Part shown: one piece after another, positions 27,645-40,510 of the stretch
Numbering within the stretch: the first letter of the stretch is position 1
How the letters are laid out: every line of letters starts with the position of its first letter
NCBI GenBank assembly: GCA_951406725.2
Contig: OX597835.1
Span: forward strand, 20,088,001 to 20,152,000
Direction: 5' to 3'
Length of the DNA stretch: 64,000 nt
DNA from: Octopus vulgaris
Lineage: Eukaryota
The notes under the pieces: model-generated
What the model was told of the DNA's origin: nothing
Seen by the model: only the letters and a program-made list of their open reading frames with translations
Databases searched by the model: none
Translations under genes and position numbers: made by a program

Positions 27645-27840
27645 AAATGCTGCACGAAATGCTTAGCAGTATTTCTCCCATCGCTACATTTTGAGTTCAA
27701 ATTCCGTTACTACTGGATTTCAGTTTGATTTCTATCATCTATGGGATTGATAATTTTAGTACCAGTTGCGTGCTGGGGATCAATCTAATCAACTAGTCCC
27801 CTCCTCTCAAATTTCAGGTCTTGTGCCTATAATAGAAAAG
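27645..27840 (+). mobile_element. SINE family C, diverged, tail type 2
   Basis: gaaatgcttagcagtatttc...aaatttcaggtcttgtgcctataatagaaaag. Confidence 0.7.
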
Positions 27841-28168
27841 TTTTAATACTGAAAATAATCCGGCGAGCTGTGTTTTCTCTTGGTCCTGTTTAGGTACACG
27901 ACATCTTTGAGTCATTGCAATTAACATGAAGAAAACCATTTCAGCCTTGACTTTCCAGTCGAAGTTTCTTTTACGGAACATAATTAATCATGTTTAACAC
28001 TGTAGAATATCATCTCAAACTAGACGCGAACTCCTGTAGCATTCTTTCTTTTAAAAGTATATCCTAACTTATCATGAGGGGGCATAGCTTCTTTCGTGCT
28101 CAAGTTTCTTCCCATAAGAGACATTTACGTGTCTCTAATTTCTTTTCGAAATTAACATAAGCATATTT

Positions 28169-28570
28169 GGCGCAGGAGTGGCTGTGTGGTAAGTAGCTTG
28201 CTAACCAACCACATGGTTCCGGGTTCAGTCCGACTGCGTGGGATCTTGGGCAAGTGTCTTCTGCTATAGCCCCGGGCCGACCAATGCCTTGTGAGTGGAT
28301 TTGGTAGACGGAAACTGAAAGAATCCTGTCGTATATATGTATATATATATATGTGTGAGTGTGTGTGTGTTTGTCCCCCTAGCATTGCTTGACAACTATT
28401 GCTGGTGTGTTTATGTCCCCATCACTTAGCGGTTCGGCAAAAAGAGACCGATAGGATAAGTACTGGGCTTACAAAGAATAAGTCCCGGGGTCGATTGCTC
28501 GACTAAAGGCGGTGCTCCAGCATGGCCGCAGTCAAATGACTGAGACAACTAAAAGAGAAAAGAGAAAGAG
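28169..28570 (+). mobile_element. SINE family A, full length
   Basis: Near consensus. Confidence 0.92.
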
Positions 28571-28872
28571 AATATTTCTAAATGTGCTTCAGAAATCGTA
28601 CATTTGAGAACAGGATAGTCGCATTGGTGCTATAGTGATGTCATAAACGTTTTTTCACTGGTAGATGAGTGGTTTAAATCGCAGATTGGTGTCTAATGTA
28701 ATGCGTTCAAGTTCTTTTTTTTTATAAGCCAATGAATTACTACCCGCTTTTTTTAAAGCTGCACTGGCATCAACGGTAGCTCGTAAGAGCGAATTGCATA
28801 CCCATAGGTACATACATACATATAGATATATAAATATATAGTAGATGCGAGTATATATACATACATAGATAC

Positions 28873-28925
<53 letters not shown>

Positions 28926-28959
28926 TTTGCATCTGCTATACTTCGCAAAAGCGGCTATG

Positions 28960-29002
28960 GATAGATAGATAGATAGATAGATAGATAGACATATAGATAG
29001 AC

Positions 29003-29034
<32 letters not shown>

Positions 29035-29047
29035 GGATGGATGGATG

Positions 29048-29134
<87 letters not shown>
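28960..29134. repeat. (GATA)n/(GGAT)n microsatellite
   Basis: Direct reading. Confidence 0.95.
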
Positions 29135-29135
<1 letters not shown>

Positions 29136-30155
29136 TACATAGATATAGATAAACATACAACGTGGGAGGGACAGATGCGCAGAGAGTGAAAGAGAGATGC
29201 ACAGGGCGAGAATGAGAGATAGAGAGGGAGAGAAAGAGATACACAGAGAGCAAGTGAGCGATACATAAGTACGTGAATTCTATTTGTCTTTCTTTTTACT
29301 AACACTCATCTTAGTGGTGGTGGTGGTGGTGGTGGTGGGGTGGGGTGGGGATGGGGGTTGTAGAGTTGTCTAGTGATAAAAGTGTTTTGTTTTTTTTCCC
29401 CTTGTATTATATATTAATAGATTTCAAAGAGCTGCAGTGTTAATTTTGTCATAATTTTTATCATAGACAGTGAGAATGGGGAAAACCACAAAGAGAATAA
29501 TCGAGAGACAAAAGGAGACAGCGAGAGAGAGAGAAAAGAGAGGGAGACTGGGAGACAGGGAGTGGCAGGAACAGAAGTACATATAGTTACAGAGAGACAG
29601 AGTATTTAAATAGCACCCTAATATCTATTAACATGAAATGAGCAATGTCTATGCAATACAACCACACCATTTAATTGATATTAAGTTTCAACGAGAAAGC
29701 TTGTTTGAGATCAAGTATGAAAGCTTTTAGTCTAATTGTCCATTAGAACCATCTAGCAAAATAGATGTGATTTATTGTCTTGAAAGCAGCTCATTTAAAT
29801 TACCCATAAGACCGCTTGATTGCAAGCCAATCTTTCCATGCATTGTTCGTTGTTCTGTTGCCATTTCTATTGTTCTCGATGGTGTTGGCGTTGTTGATGG
29901 TTTCGTTGTTCTTGCATATGTTATTGACGGTGGAGTTGATGGAGGTTTTTTTTTTCGTGTGTGTGTATGTATGAGTGTGTATATATATGGCGTTATATTG
30001 TTCTTGTTTTTGTTTAAAGTAGGCATTCGTAAATTCGTAGCTTGTTAAGTGAACTGTGTAAAATGAAATGTTACTCTTTGTTGTTAAACGGGAAACTGTG
30101 TTCCGAATAATTAGACACTGAACCAAAACGTATAACGCGTACCTCTTTATGTATA

Positions 30156-30191
<36 letters not shown>

Positions 30192-30201
30192 TGTATGTAT
30201 G

Positions 30202-30257
<56 letters not shown>

Positions 30258-30269
30258 CATGTATGTATG

Positions 30270-30331
<62 letters not shown>

Positions 30332-30743
30332 TATACATATGTATATATATATATAATGCAGCATTGCAATGATTAGGTATCGATTTCGAACTCCACCGTC
30401 GTTAACTTGCGATATCTTACTGTCTATATTCCTTTAACTACTAAAAGTATTCAATTAGTCCCGTTCGTTCTAAAACTTTTCTTGAAATACAGGTGGGAGA
30501 GCAAAATCTTTAATTTTTAAAGTCTAGGCGTAGACGTATTTGATAACAGCTAAGGAAGCGGGTGTTGCTTGTTAGTTTGGTATGCTGCAAGTATCGAAAA
30601 AAATGCATGTAACCAACCTTAACCAAAGTGTACTATATACATTATATATATATTGTGGTTCGTGGAAACTCTACAGCAATACAGTCGTTTAATACGGACT
30701 TGTCTTCAAAATGAACGTCTAATATACCTACAGCAGTAAAAGA

Positions 30744-31300
30744 CGGCGTGCTGGTAGAGTCACTAGCACGCCGGACAAAACGCATTCCATTTGTTCTTAC
30801 GTTGTGGATGATTCAAATGCCACTGGGGTCGAATTTGCGTTTCATCTATTACGGGGTTGATAAAATACCAGCATTGTAGCACCGGAGTGGTTGTAACCGA
30901 TTTATCCCCTCTCCCGAAATTGTCAGTTGTGTGACAGCATTTGAAATCAATATTCCTATTGAAACAAAGGTTGCCGAACTGGCAGAATCGTTAGCGCGTT
31001 TTGAGTTCATGTTCCAGCGAGGACGACTTTACAATTCAACCTCTCGGGGTCGATAAAATATGTACCTCTAGAGCATGAAGGTTGACATAATCTACTTGCC
31101 TCTCACCGGTACTTCCTTGCCATGTACGAAAATTTAAATCTATATCACTTAGAGCAACACGAGTAGAAATTAAGCCGAGGTACATTTGTTTTTCGTCCTT
31201 TCTAGGTCGATAAACTTAAGTACAAGTTGAGCGCTGGGATTGAGGTTATCGGTTTATCACGTCCACTGAAATTGCTGGCTGAGTGCTAAAATTTAAAATC
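30744..31300 (+). mobile_element. Three consecutive degraded SINE C copies
   Basis: Meta-like segments at ~30820, ~31015 and ~31175, each followed by a tail-3-like aaatttaaa/atttgaa. Confidence 0.6.
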
Positions 31301-31450
31301 AGTATTACTACAGCTACAGGTAGTTAGGTTATCTATCACATTTCATGAGTGTTTTGAGTAAATATAAGAGAATGTCCATCATATCACACATTATTGTCTT
31401 CAATCCAGGAATACAGTGTTAATGCATTCGTTGTGAATTTGTACTGGCTC

Positions 31451-31586
31451 ATAATTTTAGGTAATTCCTATTTGTAAATTAAGATTTCCGAACTTTCCTT
31501 CCTCGCAGAAGATATTACTGTGTATATATATATATATGCGAGGAAGGAAAGTTCGGAAAATCTTAATTTATAAATCGGAATTACCT

Positions 31587-31594
<8 letters not shown>
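31451..31594. repeat. 57-bp inverted repeat (fold-back)
   Basis: 31451-31507 versus the reverse complement of 31537-31594: 2 substitutions and 1 indel. Confidence 0.95.
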
Positions 31595-31632
<38 letters not shown>

Positions 31633-31634
<2 letters not shown>

Positions 31635-31807
31635 CGGGAAGCTTTATGAAAATAAACAAAAGACAGGCAGGTGGAATACAAACAAACAATTGTATTAGTG
31701 GCGCTCAAGAATATAAATAAAACAGGTCTTTTACGTTTCGAGCCTACGCTCTTCAACAGAAAGATACACAGAAAAGAAACAAGGAGAGAAAAAAGGAGAG
31801 AAAAAAT
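31633..31807 (-). mobile_element. Short element family G
   Basis: Reverse complement reads ctttctgttgaagagcgtaggctcgaaacgtaaaagac...gagcgcc; 3' end lies at (TA)n. Confidence 0.7.
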
Positions 31808-31857
31808 GCGTGCAGAAGCAAGCGAATCGACATGGCGATCTGATTCCGGCCAGGTGT

Positions 31858-31926
<69 letters not shown>

Positions 31927-32050
31927 GTGTGCTCGTATGTATATGTGCGTGAGGGTGTGCTGCAAGAGACAGCTTCCAACGAAATTATATACAATGTTAT
32001 TGTACACATTTCATTTCCAAAAGTTGAAAATAAAACACACACATACATAT

Positions 32051-32151
<101 letters not shown>

Positions 32152-32793
32152 TATATATACACATACATTTCAACACTGGCTTTGCAGGGGGGCAGATATA
32201 TATTTGCTAAAACATCACCGTCGTAATTACGACCACAAATTTTACAGCCACAGAATATAACTCCAAAATCTGCCATCCCATTTACACAACAAATGAATCA
32301 ACCTAATTGATGAACATCTACAGGCTCAAATTGTCAGATAGAAATCGTTACTCAATTACAATCTCATATATGCAAAATCTCAATGCAAATAGTCACTGTG
32401 CATTGTATTCCAAGACACATTCCCCGATATAAGCATGATGAGTGGACATGATGAGTGTGCTTCAGATAGTGGTCTGCTATATCAGTGCTGAACTGAAATT
32501 AAACAATAAATTCAATTGTATATTGGTTAATTAGCTTTTAGGAGAAAATGTTGATTAATGACTTGATAGGTTGCAGGGAGTACGTGAAGTTTGCTTTAGT
32601 GTGACCTATTAGGAGATGAACGAAGTAAGCTTGAAGGCATTTAGTCGTATAGCATTGGATTCCACTTTCGAATCTTCCCTTCATTCTAGCGGCTTCGATA
32701 AAATAGTTTTATTTACTGTGATTTACTCCAGGATATGTGTTCAAGATTAAAAAATATTATAGTTTTAATACCTACACATATAAAATGTATACA

Positions 32794-32958
32794 GGCGTAG
32801 GAGTGGCTGTGTGGTAAGTAGCTTGCTTACCAACCACATAGTTCCGGGTTCAGTCCCACTGAGTGGCACATTGGGCAAGTGTCTTCTACTATAGCCTCGA
32901 GCCGACCAAAGCCTTGTGAGTGGATTTGGTAGACGGAAACTGAAAGAAGCCCGTCGTA

Positions 32959-33035
<77 letters not shown>

Positions 33036-33245
33036 GTGTGTGTATGTATGTTTGTGTGTCTGTGTTTGTACCTCCAACATCGCTTGACAACCGATGCTGA
33101 TTTGTTTACGTCCCCGTAATGTAGCGGATCGGCAAGAGAGGCCGATAGAATAAGTCCTGGGATCGATTTACTCGACTAAAATGGCGGTGCTCCAGCATGA
33201 CCACAGTCAAATGGCTGAAACAAATAAAAGAGTAAAGAGTAAGAG
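32794..33245 (+). mobile_element. SINE family A, full length
   Basis: Head, core, internal (TA)n and (GAGTAA)n tail. Confidence 0.9.
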
Positions 33246-33778
33246 TATATGTGTGTGTATGTGTATTTGTGTGTGTGTGTGAGTGTGTAAGTGTGCATTT
33301 ATGTATATATATATATATGTATATATTTGTATTTGGGGATGGTCATGTTGCCAGTTTAGCCATCAAAAACCACAGGCACTATATATTTGATGCTCACTTG
33401 TTTCACCTTTATTTTTATATTAATTGTATTTCAGGCAAAAATTCCATTTAGTGTTTGTATGTATCAAAGTTTTAGCGTAGGGATATTTACCAATTTACAC
33501 TACTCAAAATGTTGTTCGGTATTTAAACCTCGCAGACGCTCTTCTTACTAATATGTTCATCTGACAGTGTAGCAACATCAGACTAATGACCATTCCATAA
33601 AATTAATTTCGAAGACGGGCATAATAAGCGGTAGCTGGAGTAAGTAACATAGGAGCTTTTGTTATCAGCGCACTTAGAAACGTTTCACATAAACGAACTT
33701 GAAGGTAAGTGTGTGTGTGTGTGTGTGTGCTTGCGCGTGCACGTTTGTATCTCTTCATAATCATTCATAAAAACTATC

Positions 33779-34188
33779 AGGCGCAGGAGTGGCTGTGTGG
33801 TAAGTAGCTTGTTAACCAACCACACTATTCCAGGTTCAGTCCCACTGCGTGGCACCTTGGGCAAATGTCTTCTACTATAGCCTCGGGCCGACCAATGCCT
33901 TGTGAGTGGATTTGGTAGTCGGAAACTGAAAGAAGCCCGTCGTATATATGTATATATATATGTATGTGCGTGTGTGTTTGTGTGTCTGTGTTTGTCCCCC
34001 TAGCATTGCTTCACAACCGATGCTGGTGTGTTTATGTCACCGTCACTTAGCGGTTCGGCAAAAGAGACCGATAGGATAAGTACTGGGCTTACAAAGAATA
34101 AGTCCCGGGGTCGAGTTGCTCGATTAAAGGCGGTGCTCCAGCATGGCCGCAGTCAAATGACAAGTAAAAGAGTAAAAGAGTAAAGAGT
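33779..34188 (+). mobile_element. SINE family A, full length
   Basis: Near consensus. Confidence 0.92.
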
Positions 34189-34649
34189 ACATTATCACTT
34201 AAAATTGAGGCTGGGGTCTAAGACTAGCATGTATTGTTTAAGGGTGTAATTAGCTGATATTATTGATTTCATTACTTGATTGGTACTTAATTTTCTGACA
34301 AAAGGGGCATGAAAAAAGTACAGCGGATTTTTACCAGAATTCGATCTCAGACGTAAGAAATCAGACAAAATGTATGAAGATAGGATAGCTGACGAGCTAC
34401 TGATTCCGCTGACACACCTTCCTCTGTGTCACATATAATCGGAAAGAATATCTCAGTCCGCAAGTTCACTCCATTAAAAGATAGATTGCTGTTTGTCGAA
34501 ATAAACACAAAATCAAGAAAAATCAATAGAGCCATGAATATTTTTACATTTAAGCGGAACATTTAACACCTATACCTACAGATCATATAACTGTTGTTAC
34601 TGTCACATTCATTCAACAGGCATGACATGAGGTACAATTTAAACGCGGC

Positions 34650-34666
34650 ATTATTATTATTATTAT

Positions 34667-34728
<62 letters not shown>

Positions 34729-34904
34729 TTCGATTCATCATCACCATCATCATCATCATCATCATCATCATTATCATTATCATCATTATCATCATCATTA
34801 TCATCATTACCATCATCATTATCATCATTATCACCATCATTATCATCATCATTATCATCACTATCATCATCATTATCATCATCATTATCATCATTATTAT
34901 TATT
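34650..34904. repeat. (ATT)n-(AGT)n-(ATC/ATT)n compound microsatellite
   Basis: Direct reading. Confidence 0.9.
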
Positions 34905-35017
34905 ACGAAATAGATTTTGAATATTTCAAGACATAAATTTTCATAGGAAGATGACATGGATGTTATTCTTAGAGAGACAACAGAAAACGTAGTATGCAAG
35001 ACGACGCGGTTTTAGCT

Positions 35018-35178
35018 TGGCTGTGTGGTAGGTGTCTTGCTTACGAATCACATGTTTCCGGGTTCAGTCCCACTACGTGGCACTTTGGGCAAGTGTCTTC
35101 TACTATAGCCTCAGGCTGACCAAAGCCTTGTGAGTGGATTTGGTAGAGAGAAACTGAAAGAAGCCCGTCATATATATG

Positions 35179-35236
<58 letters not shown>

Positions 35237-35477
35237 TGTATGTATGTATGTATGTATGTGTTTATGCTTGTGTGTCTATGTTTGTCCCCCCCAACATCGC
35301 TTAACAACCAGTGCTGGTGTGATTACGTCCCCGCAACTTAGCGATTCAGCAAAAGAGACCAATAGAATAAGTACTAGGCTTACAAAGAATAAGTCTTGGG
35401 GTCGATTTGCTCGTCTAAAGGCCGTGCCCCAACATAGCCACAGTCAAATGACGGAAACAAGTAAGAGAGTAAAAGAA
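35018..35477 (+). mobile_element. SINE family A, internal (TATG)n
   Basis: tggctgtgtgg...ggttcagtccc...acaagtaagagagtaaaag. Confidence 0.88.
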
Positions 35478-35893
35478 TATTACTATTTCTGATTTCGTCA
35501 TACAAATCATTGGATGAATTAACGGTTTGCTAATGTGTCTACATAATTTTTTTTTAAAAAAAGCAGTCTGAATGTTTCACAAAAAAGGAGAAATATAATT
35601 GTCTCTAAGTGTGACTTGGTTGTTAGGGAATATCTACATTGCTATAAATAAGATTTAAAGCAGTTTAATGCTGTAGTTGACGCACATGAGTGAAAACATA
35701 TACACTCCGAGGCAACGGAAATCGCCGAAACTGACGACGGTACTAAAAAATATCGATCGGAATATTTCGGACAACTACGGTCCGTGTTAGGTTATATGTT
35801 TTCATTCACGTGTGTTAAGTGCCGCAGTAGAGTGTTTTAGCTGTTATTTCTTGTATTATACGTGTTCGCTAACACCCTAGTCACATATTGACG

Positions 35894-35930
<37 letters not shown>

Positions 35931-35933
<3 letters not shown>

Positions 35934-36077
35934 TTTGAGTAGTTGAATGAATTATCTTGTTATGGATAATTCGGTTAACCGATACCTGGGTAGCAAATTC
36001 ACATCAGAGAAACATAGCAAATTCACAGCCTTCGAAACATATGTCGAAAATAAAGGAATTTTGTTAATTCGTCGTTC

Positions 36078-36081
<4 letters not shown>
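35931..36081 (+). mobile_element. Short element family F
   Basis: Inverted copy of 375-550; lies between (TA)n and (TG)n. Confidence 0.55.
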
Positions 36082-36131
<50 letters not shown>

Positions 36132-36772
36132 GTGTGTAATGCATGTGCATAAATATATGTTCATGTGTGTGTAAGTGCATGGATATTGACAGTCAAGCGT
36201 ATTATACATATATATATATATATATATGGATGATTATACATGAAATATGAGGCATAAAGACGTCCACATAGTGGCACAATTAAAACAAATACATCAAAAC
36301 CCCATTTAATTTATTCTTTATTGCTTGATTAATTTTTATGCATGTAGATTTTGTAATATATTGAAATGTTTTGAGAAACAATTATTTCAGATTGCCTTTA
36401 TAAATCAACGGATCATGCACTATTATATTAAAATATTTATGATATGCCAATTAATGAATGTATCTTTTCATGAAACATATATTAGTCATTCAGCAATTAT
36501 TTAGAAACCATGTGAACTGTATATGACATATTGTGTACGTCAGATAATTTTTATACTTGATTTGTTTTTTCTTTTTCTCGGAATGAAATCATGAACAGTT
36601 TTAAAGTGTGCGTGCACTTTTCGTATATATATTCAATTCAGCTAGCATATTAACTATGGAATCTGACAACTAACTACACATAAGTACATGTAATTCAAGT
36701 AAGCTTTTCTTTTTCAAGCGTACTGAATAAAGGCAAATGCATACCTACATACAAATAGACGCTATATATACA

Positions 36773-36810
<38 letters not shown>

Positions 36811-36811
<1 letters not shown>

Positions 36812-37205
36812 TAGCAGTATCGCCCGGCGTTGCTCGGGTTTGTAAGGGAAATAACTATATAAGCATTTTTAGAGAGTTATAGCCAAAAAATAGCAAAAAA
36901 ATGCATTTGAAATGGAAAAAATGATGGTAGTTTTTTTTTTAAATCGTTGACTCATCGTAGACATTTTTAGAGAGTTACTTCCCTTATATAATAGCGAAAA
37001 AATGCATTAAAATGGAAAAAAAATTATGGTAATTTTTTTTTAATTGTAGACTCATCGTAGACGCGCGCTAATACCCAGAAGGGCTCGATATGAATCACGA
37101 CTATAAGATACCCAGTTTTGGTTAAACTGCACCGCAAAATGTGGGAGTAGTTAGGAATCTAAATCGTAGGAGACAGACACACAACCTTACTTTTATATAT
37201 AAAGA
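36811..37205 (-). mobile_element. Non-autonomous Helitron, complete
   Basis: Minus strand begins TCTTTATATATAAAAG, ends with hairpin cccgagcaacgccggg then CTAG, inserted between A and T with no TSD; internal 2 x ~98-bp tandem. Confidence 0.85.
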
Positions 37206-37209
37206 TATA

Positions 37210-37245
<36 letters not shown>

Positions 37246-37300
37246 TGTATGTATGTATGTATGTATATATATATATATATATATATAGTGAGAGAGAGAG

Positions 37301-37335
<35 letters not shown>

Positions 37336-37515
37336 CGTGAGATAACAAATACCACACATGTACTTGTTCAACTGTAATTATATCCACCGCCAAGATTATC
37401 ACATGCCAACTAATACCGACTCCAAAATGAGAAGAGACATTCTCAGGGTTAAAGAGTTTTCCAAACTAATAAGAAATAAAAGCCAGAGATTTATTGTTTA
37501 GGGGAAAATAAAATA

Positions 37516-37560
37516 TTATTGGACACCTGTTTCGGCCTCAATACTCTTCATCAGCAAAAA
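37516..37560 (-). ncRNA. Minimal type I hammerhead ribozyme fold
   Basis: Reverse complement: ttg-CTGATGA-agagtattgaggcc-GAAA-caggtgt-C-caa. Stem I ttg/caa, stem III aca/tgt, GUC site; stem II imperfect. Confidence 0.55.
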
Positions 37561-37992
37561 TTTAAGAAATGTTCTCAGTAAAAACATAAACAAAAGAAAA
37601 GAGTAGGACTCATTAATTTCTTCGTAAATTTGAAAAATTATGAAAAATGAATTAAAAGAATTTGGTTAAAATGGCTAATAACCTGCATATTAATAGCATA
37701 TACATATATAAGTATATCGATTAACATATTACAGCAATTCTTCTTTTGAGAAAATTACGTCCCACTCTAAAACATGAGTAACGATTAACAAGTAGTAATT
37801 GAGCCCTGTTCCATTCGATTAGGGGAGAAATACTCCAGAATCAAGAATTTTCCAAAGCTGGTACGAAAATAGGTAAATGGCAGACGAATTTGGAGATACG
37901 AGAACATTTGTGGAGATATGTTTCTCACTGAACAAGCGTCATGAGCAATATATGAATATATTTTTCTCTTTTGGTTTTTAGATACACATTAG

Positions 37993-38357
37993 GGAGCACC
38001 ACATTTAGTCGAGCAAATCGACCCCAGGACTTATTCTTTGTAAGTCCAGTACTTATTCTATCGGTCTCTTTTTTGCCGAACCGCTAAGTGACGGGGACGT
38101 AAACACACCAGCATCGGTTGTCAAGCAATGCTAGGGGGACAAACACAGACACACAAACATATACACACACACTTAAATATATATACATATATACGACAGG
38201 CTTCTTTCAGTTTCCGTTTACCAAATCCACTCACAAGGCATTGGTCGGCCCGGGGCTATAGTAGGAGACACTTGCCCAAGATGCCACGCAGCGGGACTGA
38301 ACCCGGAACCATGTGGTTGGTTAGCAACCTACTTACCACACAGCCACTTCTGCGCCT
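37993..38357 (-). mobile_element. SINE family A, 3'-truncated
   Basis: Reverse complement of the consensus, ending ccacttctgcgcc. Confidence 0.9.
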
Positions 38358-38757
38358 ATAATTGGGTGTAAATTTTGGTGAATTCTCTTCTTTTCATATA
38401 GCGCTTTTCCCATTTGCTGCTTTGGTAATTGAGAAGACTCGGATATAATTCTCACAAGTTGAGAATTTTATATTTTCTTTGTTATCCCGTATATGGCTAA
38501 GTTGTTCATATTCATAACATGGCCCATTCTGAGTCATACCACTGATCTCATAGCATAATACACACATAAACGCTTGTGTTCAAATGCAAAGTGTTGAAAG
38601 TGGAAAATATTTGTCAAAGCACAGAACTTCGTAAAGCCTTGAAATGCAGTTCAATAATTATCCGACACGAAATAATAACCTGCTAGAAACAGCTCTCTGT
38701 ACATGGGCCACATCGCAAATCAGTCTACGTAAATCAGAAGCAAATGTTATGTATTCA

Positions 38758-39135
38758 GGTCGGCAAAAGAGACCGATAGAATAAGTACTGGGCTTACAAA
38801 GAATAAGTCCCGGGGTCGATTTGCTCGACTAAAGGCGGTGCTCCAGCATAGCCGCAGTCAAATAACTGAAACAAGTAAAAGAGTAAAAGAGTAAAAGAGA
38901 AAGAGTATATATATATATATATGTTTGTGTGTGTGTGTTTGTCCCCCTAGCATTGCTTGACAACCGATGCTGGTGTTGTTTACGTCCCCGTCACTTAGCG
39001 GTTCGGCAAAAGAGACCGATAGAATAAGTACTGGGCTTACAAAGAATAAGTCCCGGGGTCGATTTGCTCGACTAAAGGCGGTGCTCCAGCATGGCCGCAG
39101 TCAAATAACTGAAACAAGTAAAAGAGTAAAAGAGA
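38758..39135 (+). mobile_element. Two tandem 5'-truncated SINE A 3' halves
   Basis: 38758-38905 and ~38925-39135; both share the variant caaataactgaaac. Confidence 0.9.
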
Positions 39136-39550
39136 GAATTCACAAAATGACGAAAGGACTTGCAATACAGGCTGGAATATGTGGCTAGCCTTGGGGAAAA
39201 CCGATAGAATTCTTTCTTTTTTCTTTCTAAATTATAAAAAAAACTAACAATGAAACTGTAGATATTTTGAGTATGGTACTTGAGTTTAAGTGTTAGAATA
39301 AAAAAATTAGGTCTGTCAGCTTAAGAAACACAACAGACGTAATTATGTTTTTGTCTTTCCAAGTTTTAAAATGATGATTGCCTATTTTAGATGATACTTA
39401 TGGAAGAAAGAAGCTGAACACAGTCCTGAGAGTCACGTGTTTTCCCACGCCCTCAACCACACATCCAGATACACACAACACAGTACGTTACATCCGTATA
39501 TGTGTCTGTGTTTTTTGTGTGTTTCTATGTATATATCTTCTTTTTTTTTT

Positions 39551-39759
39551 TACTTGTTTCAGTCATTTGACTGCGGCCATGCTGTAGCACCGCCTTTAGT
39601 CGAGCAAATCGACCCCGGAACTTATTCTTTGTAAGCTCACTACTTATTCTATCGGTCTCATTTGCCGAACCGCTACGTGACGGGGACGTAAACACACCAG
39701 CATTGGTTGTCAAACAATGCTAGGGGGAAAAACACAGACACATAAACACGCACACACAC

Positions 39760-39820
<61 letters not shown>

Positions 39821-39985
39821 TACGACAGGCTTCTTTCAGTTTCCGTCTACCAAATCCACTCACAAGGCATTGGTCGGTCCGGAGCTATAGCAGAAGACAC
39901 TTGCCCAAGATGCCACGCAGTGGTACTTAACCCGGAACCATGTGGTTGGTTAGCAAGCTACTTACCACACAGCCACTCCTGCGCC
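39551..39985 (-). mobile_element. SINE family A, full length
   Basis: Reverse complement of the consensus. Confidence 0.92.
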
Positions 39986-39997
39986 TATGTATATATG

Positions 39998-40082
<85 letters not shown>

Positions 40083-40133
40083 AGAGATAGAGAGAGACAG
40101 ACAGATAGACAGACACACACATGCGTATATACA

Positions 40134-40510
40134 TATAGGGAGGACGCTCTGCTTGTAAACCCCAACTCTAGTAACCGCAAAATGGAGCAACATAGCAATA
40201 GGATCAGGTATTTTTTATAACGTGGGTCTACGCGTCTTTTCCGGTCCCAGTATTAAAACAGCTAAGTTCCTAGATTTACAAAACAATACATTCTGTCTGT
40301 ACAATAATCCCGGTAGGGATCTTAACTATCTTAACTCTTCCTCCAATCACCCCACCACCACCACCATCTGTCCACAAATCTATCGTTGATAGCGTATCTC
40401 ATAGGATTTCATCCCTATCCGCCAGTAAAGAAATACTCGAGCAATACGCTGAATATTACAACTGCGCCCTATAACGCGCCGGATATAAAAATCCGATTGA
40501 ATACTACCTT
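40134..40510 (+). pseudogene. Degraded Penelope-like element reverse transcriptase (core and thumb)
   Basis: Hand translation across frameshifts: YREDALLV (YRDD-like)...NVGLRV..IKTAKFLD..NNTFCLYNNP..LNYLNSSSNHP..SIVDSVSHRISSLSASKE..YNCAL*RAGY. Matches the PLE pattern FLD..Y.KP...YI...SNHP..RIS.LS..Y..AL..GY. Confidence 0.8.

Noticed and set aside
27860-28120. Tc1 transposase N-terminal relic on the minus strand (MGRNLSTKE...)
   Set aside because: Resemblance too weak and broken to support without a profile search.
33669-33710. Exon ending at strong donor GAAG/gtaagt
   Set aside because: No convincing acceptor or recognisable peptide; may be chance.
35731-35775. Hammerhead at ctgacgacggta...tatcg
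   Set aside because: A stem II-like pairing is present, but GAAA and the cleavage triplet are missing.
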